In this document: piece after piece, positions 51,160 to 59,480 of the stretch | Position numbering within the stretch: the first letter of the stretch is position 1 | Layout of the letters: each line of letters begins with the position of its first letter | IMG/VR virus record: IMGVR_UViG_3300012979_001162 | Coordinates: 1 to 64,000 of that record | Length of the DNA stretch: 64,000 bases | Strand: one strand, 5' to 3' | From: a virus | Lineage: Duplodnaviria; Caudoviricetes | The notes under the pieces: model-generated | Told to the model about the DNA's origin: nothing | The model's input: only the letters and a program-made list of their open reading frames with translations | Database searches by the model: none | Program-made: the position numbers and the translations under genes

Positions 51160-51612
51160 TTACATTTCAATCTTCAAATTCTTTCGCTTCTGATCCGGTC
51201 TCCAAACATATATCCATTTGTTTGCATTAAATTCAAATGTGTTGTCGCTAGTATCGTACTCTACAACACTCGCATCCATTTTTACTAAAACCTTATCTGG
51301 TTTCATACCATATCGCTTCAACCATTTCTTATTAATTCTTTTCTTGTTATGCCATCGTGCCTGAACCATTATCGGCACATAATATTGCATAACAAAACTT
51401 TTTGGATGCCACATATCTTCCAACATTTCTTTCGTAATAAAAGTTGTATCTATTGGAAGAGTAGGCTCTGCATCAAATTTACATCTTAATGCGTTTTCTG
51501 TACTTGCCGATAACTCATAACACATAGACATAGAGGAGCCATCTGAAAGTTTCACAAAATCTTTATCATTATCTAGATAATACAATGTTCCACCATTAAT
51601 TTGATTTATCAT
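51160..51612 (-). CDS. Hypothetical protein
   Basis: AAGGAG RBS; RWHNKKRINKKWLKRYG basic motif. Confidence 0.65.
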   Translation of the reverse strand: MINQINGGTLYYLDNDKDFVKLSDGSSMSMCYELSASTENALRCKFDAEPTLPIDTTFITKEMLEDMWHPKSFVMQYYVPIMVQARWHNKKRINKKWLKRYGMKPDKVLVKMDASVVEYDTSDNTFEFNANKWIYVWRPDQKRKNLKIEM

Positions 51613-51763
51613 TCTCCTTCTCCTTAATATAATTTTCCATTTCGCCAATCAGACCCACGATACCCTGAAAATCTGATGCCAAGTTATCAAACCCAATCTT
51701 TTTAAAATACTCAGCCTTCTGTTGGTATTTTTCTTTCTGTTCGTTTAAATACTCAATTGTCAT
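51596..51763 (-). CDS. 55-aa hypothetical protein (absent from ORF track)
   Basis: MTIEYLNEQKEKYQQKAEYF...; ATGA overlap with upstream gene; fills the gap. Confidence 0.6.
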   Translation of the reverse strand: MTIEYLNEQKEKYQQKAEYFKKIGFDNLASDFQGIVGLIGEMENYIKEKENDKSN

Positions 51764-52023
51764 TCTTCTTCTCCTATCTCATATGTAGTATAACATTGGT
51801 CACAAATTCGATCTCCATTATTGAGCTTGATGTACGTATTTGTTATCCATTCTTCACATACAGCGCACTGGTAAGTCTCAACATAATCTCCTTGGCAACG
51901 TGGGCATCCACTCACCGTTTCGGAACACGGCGTTCCCCAATACTCTCCACGGCCTTCGTGCCACACGGCAACTTCGTCTTCATCAAAGATGTATCCACAA
52001 TCAAGACAAATAAATTTACTCAT
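51760..52023 (-). CDS. Small multi-CxxC Zn-binding protein
   Basis: CLDCG, CPRC, CAVC, CDQC. Confidence 0.7.
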   Translation of the reverse strand: MSKFICLDCGYIFDEDEVAVWHEGRGEYWGTPCSETVSGCPRCQGDYVETYQCAVCEEWITNTYIKLNNGDRICDQCYTTYEIGEEE

Positions 52024-52041
52024 ACGTTTTCCTTTCTGTAT

Positions 52042-52123
52042 AATCATTTTGTTGTGTATTTATTATATACCCACATCAAATTATTGTCAACACCTTTATG
52101 TAAACATTTACAATTTGTTAACA
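52042..52123 (-). promoter_or_regulatory. Composite promoter: direct repeat, sigma-A core and 17-bp box
   Basis: TGTTAA-N5-TGTAAA(52123-107), N16, TTGACA(52090)-N17-TATAAT(52067), TACACAACAAAATGATT(52058-42). Confidence 0.82.
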
Positions 52124-52149
52124 AATAAAGGCATAACCTAAGCTATACC

Positions 52150-52929
52150 CTATAATTTAGCAGTGTAAGTTAAACAGATAAAACCGGCGCCACTCAACAG
52201 CTTGCCCCACACCTCGTTGCCAACAACTACCTCGCTCACTATCGTATAAACCTCATTTCTTTTTACCGTAGTTACTATTGGATAATTCGTTCCTGCACCC
52301 TTTCTTACGTTTAATACATCTGTTGTAACCCTTACTAAATATCTTGTACTTTGCCCCAAGATTGATGCAACAAGATTCCTAAATTGGTCCATAGTTTTGC
52401 CGTGAATAGTAAACCAATGGTCGCAATCTGCGTGATTGGAAGCATACCCTTTCTTATGTGCTTCGGCGTGGCTTACTATTGATGATGGCTGTAAGTTAAA
52501 CTTCTTACAAAGCATAGCACAGTATTCCGCTGCTACTCTGTACACTTCGTTGAAATATTCTTCATTCCACAGATTATCTTCGCATAACTCAATCTGAATA
52601 TGACCAGTTGGATTGTAATTATAACTACCATACTTTCCACTGCCGCACCCCCAACAAGCGTAGTTGTATGGAAGTATGTTTGCCACTCTTACTTGATAGT
52701 TTTTATCATACCCTATAAAACTATGCACGCACATTTCACCAATCTTGCTGGACGGATTGTTCCAATGGTTGTTATACCAATTAATGCCACACTCGGATTT
52801 ACAGTCTACATACCTTTTTAAGTTCGGATTGTTTGCCCCGGTGCTATGTAGTACAATCCCTACTGGTGTCATAGGTTGCTTTGCTTTATAGCAATCATTT
52901 TTAGTTGCGTAAGCCGTAATAATGTCCAT
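52150..52929 (-). CDS. N-acetylmuramoyl-L-alanine amidase (Amidase_2) with SH3b domain; endolysin-like
   Basis: IVLHSTG, VHSFIG, IELCE, VSHAE...HAD; LNVRKGAGT...WGKL.SGAG. Confidence 0.9.
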   Translation of the reverse strand: MDIITAYATKNDCYKAKQPMTPVGIVLHSTGANNPNLKRYVDCKSECGINWYNNHWNNPSSKIGEMCVHSFIGYDKNYQVRVANILPYNYACWGCGSGKYGSYNYNPTGHIQIELCEDNLWNEEYFNEVYRVAAEYCAMLCKKFNLQPSSIVSHAEAHKKGYASNHADCDHWFTIHGKTMDQFRNLVASILGQSTRYLVRVTTDVLNVRKGAGTNYPIVTTVKRNEVYTIVSEVVVGNEVWGKLLSGAGFICLTYTAKL

Positions 52930-52950
52930 AAAAAAAATCAACTCCTCTAT

Positions 52951-53020
52951 AATCATTTTGTATTGCTACAATTTAATTATAAAGGAATTGATTGTTTTTG
53001 TCAAATCATTTTGTATTGTA
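52951..53020 (-). promoter_or_regulatory. sigma-A promoter of the amidase, flanked by two 17-bp boxes
   Basis: Box 53020-04, TTGACA(53004)-N17-TATAAT(52981), box 52967-51. Confidence 0.8.
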
Positions 53021-53021
53021 A

Positions 53022-53669
53022 TTACTTTTTGTCGGCAAACAACCAACGGTAGCAGTTCGCTTTAGTCAACCACGATATTCCAAAGAACGCAAGTGCGATA
53101 GTTTCAACGAGCCATACCCCGCCCCACCAATTAAAGATGCTAATCGGAATGATAGCCAAAAACGATACCACCATACCAATTCCACAGACGCGGAAAATCA
53201 CATTTCTTTTCTTTTTGTTTTCCGTCATATTGCCACTACTCTTTGTGAATAAAAAAATCGAGTTATAAGCAAGCAAACCAAAGAAACCAATAGCGCACAC
53301 ATTATGCAACATTCCACTTACAAACGGTGTGAGCTGAAATGTTCCAACATGAGTAAGTTCTGCCAATTCGGGCCATCTAACAACCAAGTCCTTTGTGCCA
53401 CACGAAAACAAGCAAATTCCGAAAGCAAATAGTCCGGCGATGGAACATATGATATCATCCTGTCTATCATATCCAGTGTAACTAAGCAAAAACATTCCTG
53501 CTGATCCAAGGATAATCATAAACGGAACAATACAAGTTGGAAGGTAATATGTTGCTGAGATAGAGTCTGGTAGACCATAACCGTAAATAAAGCTCATGCA
53601 TAGTACAATCAACGGCAATAACATACCGAGCTTTCCAATAGTACATCTAAGTTGTCTTGTGTCAATCAT
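53022..53669 (-). CDS. Multi-pass membrane protein (DUF998-like)
   Basis: About six TM segments; SISATYY, LH..A..FF, E..AL..FG.SW..K. Confidence 0.75.
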   Translation of the reverse strand: MIDTRQLRCTIGKLGMLLPLIVLCMSFIYGYGLPDSISATYYLPTCIVPFMIILGSAGMFLLSYTGYDRQDDIICSIAGLFAFGICLFSCGTKDLVVRWPELAELTHVGTFQLTPFVSGMLHNVCAIGFFGLLAYNSIFLFTKSSGNMTENKKKRNVIFRVCGIGMVVSFLAIIPISIFNWWGGVWLVETIALAFFGISWLTKANCYRWLFADKK

Positions 53670-53673
53670 AAAA

Positions 53674-53793
53674 TCACTCCTTATTTAAATTTCTAAGTCG
53701 TCTTTCTAACTTCGCTATTATTTTTCCATTGTCTCTCTTACGAGACTGGAGGAGCGTAATGCGATTCTTAAGTGCGAGTTCATTGTTGTTCAT
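53674..53793 (-). CDS. 39-aa basic protein (absent from ORF track)
   Basis: AAGGAG RBS; MNNNELALKNRITLLQSRKRDNGKIIAKLERRLRNLNKE. Confidence 0.65.
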   Translation of the reverse strand: MNNNELALKNRITLLQSRKRDNGKIIAKLERRLRNLNKE

Positions 53794-53813
53794 AGTTTTT
53801 CTCCTTTGTTTAA

Positions 53814-54905
53814 CTATATTATTTGATTATTCTGCAAATTGGATTGGTTATCATTTAAAGAGTTGTACCATTCTATAAAATCATCTATTTGCTTTTTTAC
53901 TTTTTCTGACTTCACAGGGTTAATCCACGGTATTCTGTATATTACAAATCCATTTGCGGTTAATCTTTTATCTCGTAGTGTATCATGTTCTTTTCTCTCT
54001 TCGTATTGATGCTGCTTCCCATCAATCTCAAGATCAATATATCCATCGATTAAAAAATCTAAAAAATAGCATCCTTGCTCATCAATGCCTATATCTGTTT
54101 TCTTGAGAGTATATTCTGGTTCATATTGTAGTTTATTATTTGTTAACACTCTCTCCCAAAATAACTCGGCATAACTACGAATCTTTCTTGTTTTCCATCC
54201 AATGTGTTTGCCCTCGTCAATCAATCTTTTCTGAACTTCTGTTCCGATTTTAGATCTTTTGGCATGAGAGACTTCGGATGTAGTAACATAAGATTCACCG
54301 AATTCATTTCTTAAGTCATTTATGGTTTTATCGTGTTGCTTAAGGTGGCTAGCATTAATGTTTGCTAGTCTGACATTACAATAAGGGCAAACAACAAAGT
54401 CAACACCTTCAACTTTGTCTAATGTGTAATGTTTTAAATTTCTATACGTTATCACACCTTGCACGTATAAATCTTTTGTACCGTTCGCATATTCATTGAA
54501 ATTTATACGCACATCACATTCATTTTGCTGTTTTTCAGTTTGTTGAGCATATCTTTCCCTCAAGGAATTTGATATTTTAATTTTACTTTCGGAAGTATGT
54601 ATGCGTCCTTTGTTGTTGTGTTTTGCAGCACAACTACTGCCGCAAAATCGTTTTCTTTGATAATCTGCAAAGCTATTTTTTGCACTAATTGGAATTAATT
54701 TTCCACACTCTTCACAACACTTCGTTACAATTTCTCTTTTATGGTTACATTGCTTGGCAACACCAATCGCTCGTTTCGGCATGTCATGCTCAAAGCCACA
54801 TATAGTACACTTAACATGATACATTTTATGACCGTCATTCGATTTATAGCCGCAAAGATACAATACCTTATGAATGCCTATAACCGTTCCTATGATATCA
54901 TCCAT
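53814..54905 (-). CDS. Free-standing homing-endonuclease-like protein (Zn fingers, NUMOD3, DUF559/Vsr-like domain) at the 3' end of the tRNA cluster
   Basis: GGAGG then ATG 54905; SYAE...YFLDF...LEIDGKQH...DTLRD..L...G..IYRI. Confidence 0.8.
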   Translation of the reverse strand: MDDIIGTVIGIHKVLYLCGYKSNDGHKMYHVKCTICGFEHDMPKRAIGVAKQCNHKREIVTKCCEECGKLIPISAKNSFADYQRKRFCGSSCAAKHNNKGRIHTSESKIKISNSLRERYAQQTEKQQNECDVRINFNEYANGTKDLYVQGVITYRNLKHYTLDKVEGVDFVVCPYCNVRLANINASHLKQHDKTINDLRNEFGESYVTTSEVSHAKRSKIGTEVQKRLIDEGKHIGWKTRKIRSYAELFWERVLTNNKLQYEPEYTLKKTDIGIDEQGCYFLDFLIDGYIDLEIDGKQHQYEERKEHDTLRDKRLTANGFVIYRIPWINPVKSEKVKKQIDDFIEWYNSLNDNQSNLQNNQII

Positions 54906-55060
54906 ATATTCCCTCCAATCATTTGTTTTGTTATGGTACCAGATGTTAGTACTGCCCTGATCCTCGAAACCCCAAATTTCGCATGCTTCTTTCACACCCC
55001 ATCTGATATTTTGTAAGTTCTTAATTATAGGGAAAGAACTGTGACTGTAAGAAAACCATT

Positions 55061-55152
55061 TGGCTGGGAAGATGGGATTTGAACCCATGTAGGGAACTTC
55101 TTCCTTTGTGCCAGAGTCAAAGTCTGGTGCCTTACCGCTTGGCGACTTCCCA
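55061..55152 (-). tRNA. tRNA-Gln(UUG) with a 22-nt variable region
   Basis: TGGGAAG/CTTCCCA acceptor, CCAGA-CTTTGAC-TCTGG, ATGGG-TTCAAAT-CCCAT, GCCA end. Confidence 0.88.
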
Positions 55153-55240
55153 ATATCGAAGGGCGATTTTTAACTCTTTCGAGAGGCCAATCGCCGTAGC
55201 CTAGCAAATCGTATATACGATCAGCCGATTCATTATAAGA

Positions 55241-55336
55241 TGGCGGAAGACTTCGGACTTGAACCGAAACGCCGAATGACTTCGACTACTCATTGATTAG
55301 CAATCAACTGCCTTACCAAATTAGGCTTAGCCTTCC
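55241..55336 (-). tRNA. tRNA-Ser(GCU)
   Basis: GGAAGGC/GTCTTCC acceptor, GTTGA-TTGCTAA-TCAAT, long V arm, TTCGG-TTCAAGT-CCGAA, GCCA end. Confidence 0.9.
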
Positions 55337-56470
55337 ATAAGTACTCCAACAACCGCTATTGATAAGTAGCGATACGGTGATTTACCCTGATCCGCAACAG
55401 CAACACTACACAACCCGACCTTTTATGTGTCGTATATCGGGTAACGACTATCTCTGTTGTTGGCTTTATTGCACCATCCGTGAAAACGAATGGAGGAACC
55501 TTTACCACGACTAGTGGGTAGGCATTGTGGCTGGACTTACATCTCGGTGAGAAGGCCCTTCCACCCCAATCCGATAGGCTGTTCAACTCTCTCCATTTAC
55601 TACAGCTTCTTACAACGCTACTAAATACTTCGTTTGCAACCTCCATAATTAGCACTTCGTAGCACCTATCTCGCATATAAACCCTTGATTCGCTTATAAA
55701 GCAGGTTCAAGAAACCCTAACGAAATCGCACCGCAGGACGTAATACGAAATCTCAACTCTTCCCACACAAGGATGGGCGAGCAATGACTACTATCCCGAC
55801 ATACGAACCAGCTTTACACTTATTCGTGTCCGTTTTTGTTGTTTGCATAACCGCTCAGCACGGCATTGTGCTTATCAATGTCTTGGCACATTTGAATAGT
55901 AGTAGTGTGAGAGAAAATTATGGGGAACATCCCCATACGAACGTAAAATTCGCATCCCAAGGTACTTCGTGTTGACGAAGCAACTACTAGCCTTGGAGAC
56001 GCTACGGCTCACTCTAAAAATCTCGTTTATTTCACAAGTTGTCATCTTGTTATTTCCACTACCAACGACAAAGATTTCTGCCGTTTCACAATTCCACCCT
56101 GGGACACTTACGCCGTAGCAGAGGTGCGGGTGGTCAATTTTTGACAACTTAATGTTGTCTACCAGTTGCATTTAGCAACGCAGGGGGTTTCGCCTATTTC
56201 GTTTTTCATAGCAAGCCTACATACGACCTCATCTTGCATTTCCTACCGGACTTCGGTTTACTGCAGACACCGAAGTGGACTCGTATGCTTCCAATGGCTT
56301 TCTTTCCAGCCTAGACCAAGTTCATCTTACACTTGGAGAATTTGTCATCATTTTATCCAACTTTTGATGATGACCCAAAAGCTCGTTGCGTTCATCTATG
56401 GGTTAGACTACTTGTCGCTATAACAATACCCTCCTCATAAGTATCTTATAGAAGCAACCCCAAATGGCGC
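55337..56470 (-). ncRNA. Candidate large structured non-coding RNA (or several), ~1.1 kb
   Basis: No credible ORF or RBS; more GC-rich than other intergenic DNA; many perfect stems; bracketed by co-oriented tRNAs. Confidence 0.6.
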
Positions 56471-56472
56471 TT

Positions 56473-56548
56473 TGGTGCAGAAGGTAAGATTCAAACTTAC
56501 GAATACTAGTTTTTTATCACTAGTGCTTTCCAACTAAGCTACTTCTGC
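56473..56548 (-). tRNA. tRNA-like RNA with non-canonical 8-nt anticodon loop (pseudo-tRNA)
   Basis: GCAGAAG/CTTCTGC, GCTT/AAGC, CTAGT-GATAAAAA-ACTAG, GTAAG-TTTGAAT-CTTAC, ACCA end. Confidence 0.7.
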
Positions 56549-56857
56549 GCATGCCCCACACTTAACGTTAACAGGCTCCTACTGACCAGTGGGCTACGGC
56601 TATGACATTACTTCATTCTGCTTCGAAGGGGCATTTGTTATCCGCATTTCCTTACGGGCAAGACCGGCTTCAAACAAATGAGCTCTCAACTTCTCAAGAG
56701 TTTCTTTTAAATAATGGCTCGGCTCGTCACCCATTCCGTATGGGTCGCTTTATATGCCATTATGCCTTCTTACTTGCGCTCCATTTTCGTACATCGCTAT
56801 TCGACACGGTTGATACTCTTTTTTCATCAGTGGGATCACAACTTAACTAATCTGGTT

Positions 56858-56940
56858 TGGCAGGGGAGCGGCGACTCGAACACCGATAGCCTTTCGGCAC
56901 AGTTTTGGAGACTGCTGTCTTACCATTAGACGACTCCCCT
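56858..56940 (-). tRNA. tRNA-Trp(CCA) with an extra variable-arm hairpin
   Basis: AGGGGAG/CTCCCCT, GCAGT-CTCCAAA-ACTGT, V region GCC-GAAA-GGC-TAT, CGGTG-TTCGAGT-CGCCG, GCCA end. Confidence 0.9.
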
Positions 56941-57020
56941 ATGTAAGAGACTTCTAAAACCTACAAGGAAACTCCGTCTCGATGTTTTTTATACAGGAGG
57001 TACTCGTATGATGTAACGAG

Positions 57021-57097
57021 TGGTGATCACACTGGCATTCGAAGCCAGACTGGATGCGTTCTAAGCACATTGCCTCTACCTGTTGGGCTATGCGGTC
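57021..57097 (-). tRNA. tRNA-Leu(UAG) with short variable loop
   Basis: Leu-type D arm GCCCAACAGGTAGAGGC, ATGTG-CTTAGAA-CGCAT, 5-nt V loop, CTGGC-TTCGAAT-GCCAG, ACCA end; one C-A mismatch in acceptor. Confidence 0.82.
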
Positions 57098-57108
57098 ATA
57101 ATTGGCAC

Positions 57109-57822
57109 TCAAACTTGAATGCCATATACAGAAAACCACGTCTGATGTGATTTTCTATGTTTTGTTGATGGAGGTTCTTTGAGCATAGCAGAGATAAGCT
57201 CTTTTGTTTTGTTTACTCCGTACTCTCGTACGGATTTGTTGATAGTATTTATGCCTAATCCCAATTTTTGGGCCCACTGTTGTCCTGTTAATACTTCACT
57301 CTCAACTTCAATCCAATTGACCTTGCCTGCTCTTCTAGAATTTTCCTCCAACGGAATCCATCGACAGTTACTGGGGGAATAGTCTACGTCGGGATCAATT
57401 CTATCTATGGTTAGAAATTCTTCGTACCCATTGTTCAAAGCCCACTTTTCAAATTTACCAGGGTTATCCAACCACTCTTGACACACTTTAATACCCTTTT
57501 CCCCATACCACCTATAGTTTTTGTCATTTGGATTATAGCATCGAACAATGATGCCTCTGAAGATCTTACCAAGACGACTATTCTCCCATTTATGCCTATT
57601 AATAATGTACTCTCCGTTAGTTCTTAAGTGGGTGCATTTATTTGATAGTTTGCTTGGTGCAGAAACCCCACTATATGTAAATTCTGTTTCAAAACCACAT
57701 TCGTTGCATACACATTTATAAATTCGATGTCTGTACTTATCGGTTTTATCTGTTATATCTGCTATTGTATAGATTCCGTGCACTTCTCCAATGTGAGATC
57801 TTGGATCAAATTTTTCTACCAT
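57109..57822 (-). CDS. Free-standing HNH-like homing endonuclease at the 5' end of the tRNA cluster
   Basis: RCYNPN..Y..YG.KGIKVC.EW...LTIDRID...YSPSNCRW. Confidence 0.85.
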   Translation of the reverse strand: MVEKFDPRSHIGEVHGIYTIADITDKTDKYRHRIYKCVCNECGFETEFTYSGVSAPSKLSNKCTHLRTNGEYIINRHKWENSRLGKIFRGIIVRCYNPNDKNYRWYGEKGIKVCQEWLDNPGKFEKWALNNGYEEFLTIDRIDPDVDYSPSNCRWIPLEENSRRAGKVNWIEVESEVLTGQQWAQKLGLGINTINKSVREYGVNKTKELISAMLKEPPSTKHRKSHQTWFSVYGIQV

Positions 57823-57839
57823 AATATTATGTCCTTACT

Positions 57840-57923
57840 AATCATGCTGTATTGTGTACTAATTATACCACAATCATTTTGTATTGTCAATATATTTCCG
57901 TAATCGTTTACAATCTATTTACA
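57840..57923 (-). promoter_or_regulatory. Composite promoter heading the endonuclease-tRNA cluster
   Basis: TGTAAA-N5-TGTAAA(57923-07), N16, TTGACA(57890)-N17-TATAAT(57867), box in spacer (57888-72) and degenerate box (57856-40). Confidence 0.85.
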
Positions 57924-58085
57924 TTTACTCTTTTTCTCCGCATCTCGACGCTTAACTTCTTTTAAAAAGCAATCCCAACTGCAAGTATATTCTCCCGCAA
58001 TCAAACAACAAGTATCTACCGTTACCTTAAATGTCTTGCTGCAAACCGGACAAACCACCATATCCCCTATTTTGCTAGGCTTCAT
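57915..58085 (-). CDS. Small Zn-finger protein
   Basis: CPVC...CSWDC; start MKPSK. Confidence 0.6.
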   Translation of the reverse strand: MKPSKIGDMVVCPVCSKTFKVTVDTCCLIAGEYTCSWDCFLKEVKRRDAEKKSKCK

Positions 58086-58098
58086 CGTTATATACCCC

Positions 58099-58425
58099 TT
58101 AAACATCTGTAGCCTCATTTTGAGCATCGCACCAATATGCCATTGCAATTTCGGTAAGGTGCTCTATGGCAGTATGAAATGCGTCAACTCTTCCTTCATA
58201 GAAATCGTCTCCGTATTCCGCAAGTAGTTCATTTCTTGCTATCTCGGAATGCATTTTGGTTTTAAATTTCGCAACAATCTCACGAGCGACCTCGCTCTTT
58301 GGTACAACGTCGGCGGTCGGTAAATCCTCTATCATCTTAATTGCCTTGGCTTGTTTAAACGCAACATTATAAGGGTATTTAACGATAACGTCCACCGCTT
58401 CGCTCTTTTTGATAAATTCGTCCAT
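58099..58425 (-). CDS. Hypothetical phage protein
   Basis: MDEFIKKSEA...IEDLPTADVVP pattern common in Firmicutes phages; AAAGGA RBS. Confidence 0.7.
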   Translation of the reverse strand: MDEFIKKSEAVDVIVKYPYNVAFKQAKAIKMIEDLPTADVVPKSEVAREIVAKFKTKMHSEIARNELLAEYGDDFYEGRVDAFHTAIEHLTEIAMAYWCDAQNEATDV

Positions 58426-58426
58426 A

Positions 58427-58573
58427 TCATTTTCCTTTCTCTCCAATATAATGGTCTTTCTGTCCCAAAAGGCACATTGTTGCTTTTTTGGACGACAGGC
58501 AACAAATAAAGTTAATGCCGTTTTCCGATATAATAGCTCGACTGTTCGCACAAGTAATACATTTTCCGCTCAT
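58427..58573 (-). CDS. 48-aa Cys-rich protein (absent from ORF track)
   Basis: MSGKCITCANSRAIISENGINFICCLSSKKATMCLLGQKDHYIGEKGK; fills the gap between neighbours. Confidence 0.55.
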   Translation of the reverse strand: MSGKCITCANSRAIISENGINFICCLSSKKATMCLLGQKDHYIGEKGK

Positions 58574-58574
58574 A

Positions 58575-58979
58575 TCACTCACCGCCTTTCATCTTCGGAA
58601 CTTCGGGAAGTGGCATCCAATGGGTGACAGACTCGGCTATGCTGTATAAGTAAAAGCCGTGACTTTTGTTATAATCAAGAACAGCTATTGTGGTTAGATT
58701 TTCAAAAAGCTGATGCGATACCTTAATACAAACCAAATATCGCCCATTTTCCTCAGGTAACCTCTCGTCAACGCTTATCCACTCGCCACCTTCTTCGTAA
58801 TTGTACGAAATTGGTTCGCTCTGCTTGCGATAGTCGTTTGCAATAATCACATTAGCCATACATTCAAAACAGCAGGGCTCATCGCCAATATCAAGTGCTT
58901 TATTGCATTGTTCACAACTGCCGTATTCTTTGTAAAAAGGGCATATATCACTTATGATTTTTTGTTTCTGCTCATTCAT
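58575..58979 (-). CDS. DUF551-domain protein
   Basis: WISVDERLPE...VTHWMPLPE. Confidence 0.85.
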   Translation of the reverse strand: MNEQKQKIISDICPFYKEYGSCEQCNKALDIGDEPCCFECMANVIIANDYRKQSEPISYNYEEGGEWISVDERLPEENGRYLVCIKVSHQLFENLTTIAVLDYNKSHGFYLYSIAESVTHWMPLPEVPKMKGGE

Positions 58980-59428
58980 CGTTTGTTCCTTTCTTCTTTT
59001 ATAATTTCCCAAGCTCTCGCTTGTACCATATCCCAAAATTTGCAATTTGGAATTTTGGTATTTAAAATCTTTTCAAGGCGTTCTGGCTCTAATTTATGCC
59101 TATACTTTTCGCTAATGCAGGGTGGACCAGGCATACCACTGTGGTTTATGCAATACTCCCAAAAATCAGATTTACCAGAGTATCTACCCTCAATAACCCA
59201 CAAACGATTACCTGTGATGTGAATGGAAGTCCTCTTTCCTGTCCAAAATTCTGCGTTGATAACTTTGCCATTGTAGGTTATTCCGCCTCCATAGCATAAT
59301 TCCCAGCGGTCACAGAATCCACCGTCTATATGTTCGGGCCCTGCACCAGCGGGCTCGTTACCGAGCCAAACCTCGTCTGGTATCCAGTCAACTGGTTTAC
59401 AGCGAATTATTTCCTCACGACTCTTCAT
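58976..59428 (-). CDS. Hypothetical protein
   Basis: GAGGAGG RBS; first sizeable gene after a composite promoter. Confidence 0.7.
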   Translation of the reverse strand: MKSREEIIRCKPVDWIPDEVWLGNEPAGAGPEHIDGGFCDRWELCYGGGITYNGKVINAEFWTGKRTSIHITGNRLWVIEGRYSGKSDFWEYCINHSGMPGPPCISEKYRHKLEPERLEKILNTKIPNCKFWDMVQARAWEIIKEERNKR

Positions 59429-59480
59429 TGTCTGCCCTCCTCAAATTTCGTTCTTTCTACCTCTTTCATTTCTTTTCTCC

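Noticed and set aside
55337-56470. tmRNA, RNase P RNA or an intron as the identity of the large non-coding region
   Set aside because: No T-arm/CCA end, no GAGGAAAGUCC-type P4, no group I P7 pair or group II domain V recognised by eye; a covariance search is still needed
56780-56835. Hammerhead ribozyme (minus strand CTGATGA...GAAA)
   Set aside because: Bases after CUGAUGA (AAAAAG) cannot form stem II with the bases before GAAA, and stems I/III are not evident
55025-57139. Short ORFs listed across the tRNA cluster, and the 5' extension of ORF 53814-55088
   Set aside because: They overlap tRNAs or structured RNA, lack RBSs and have atypical composition
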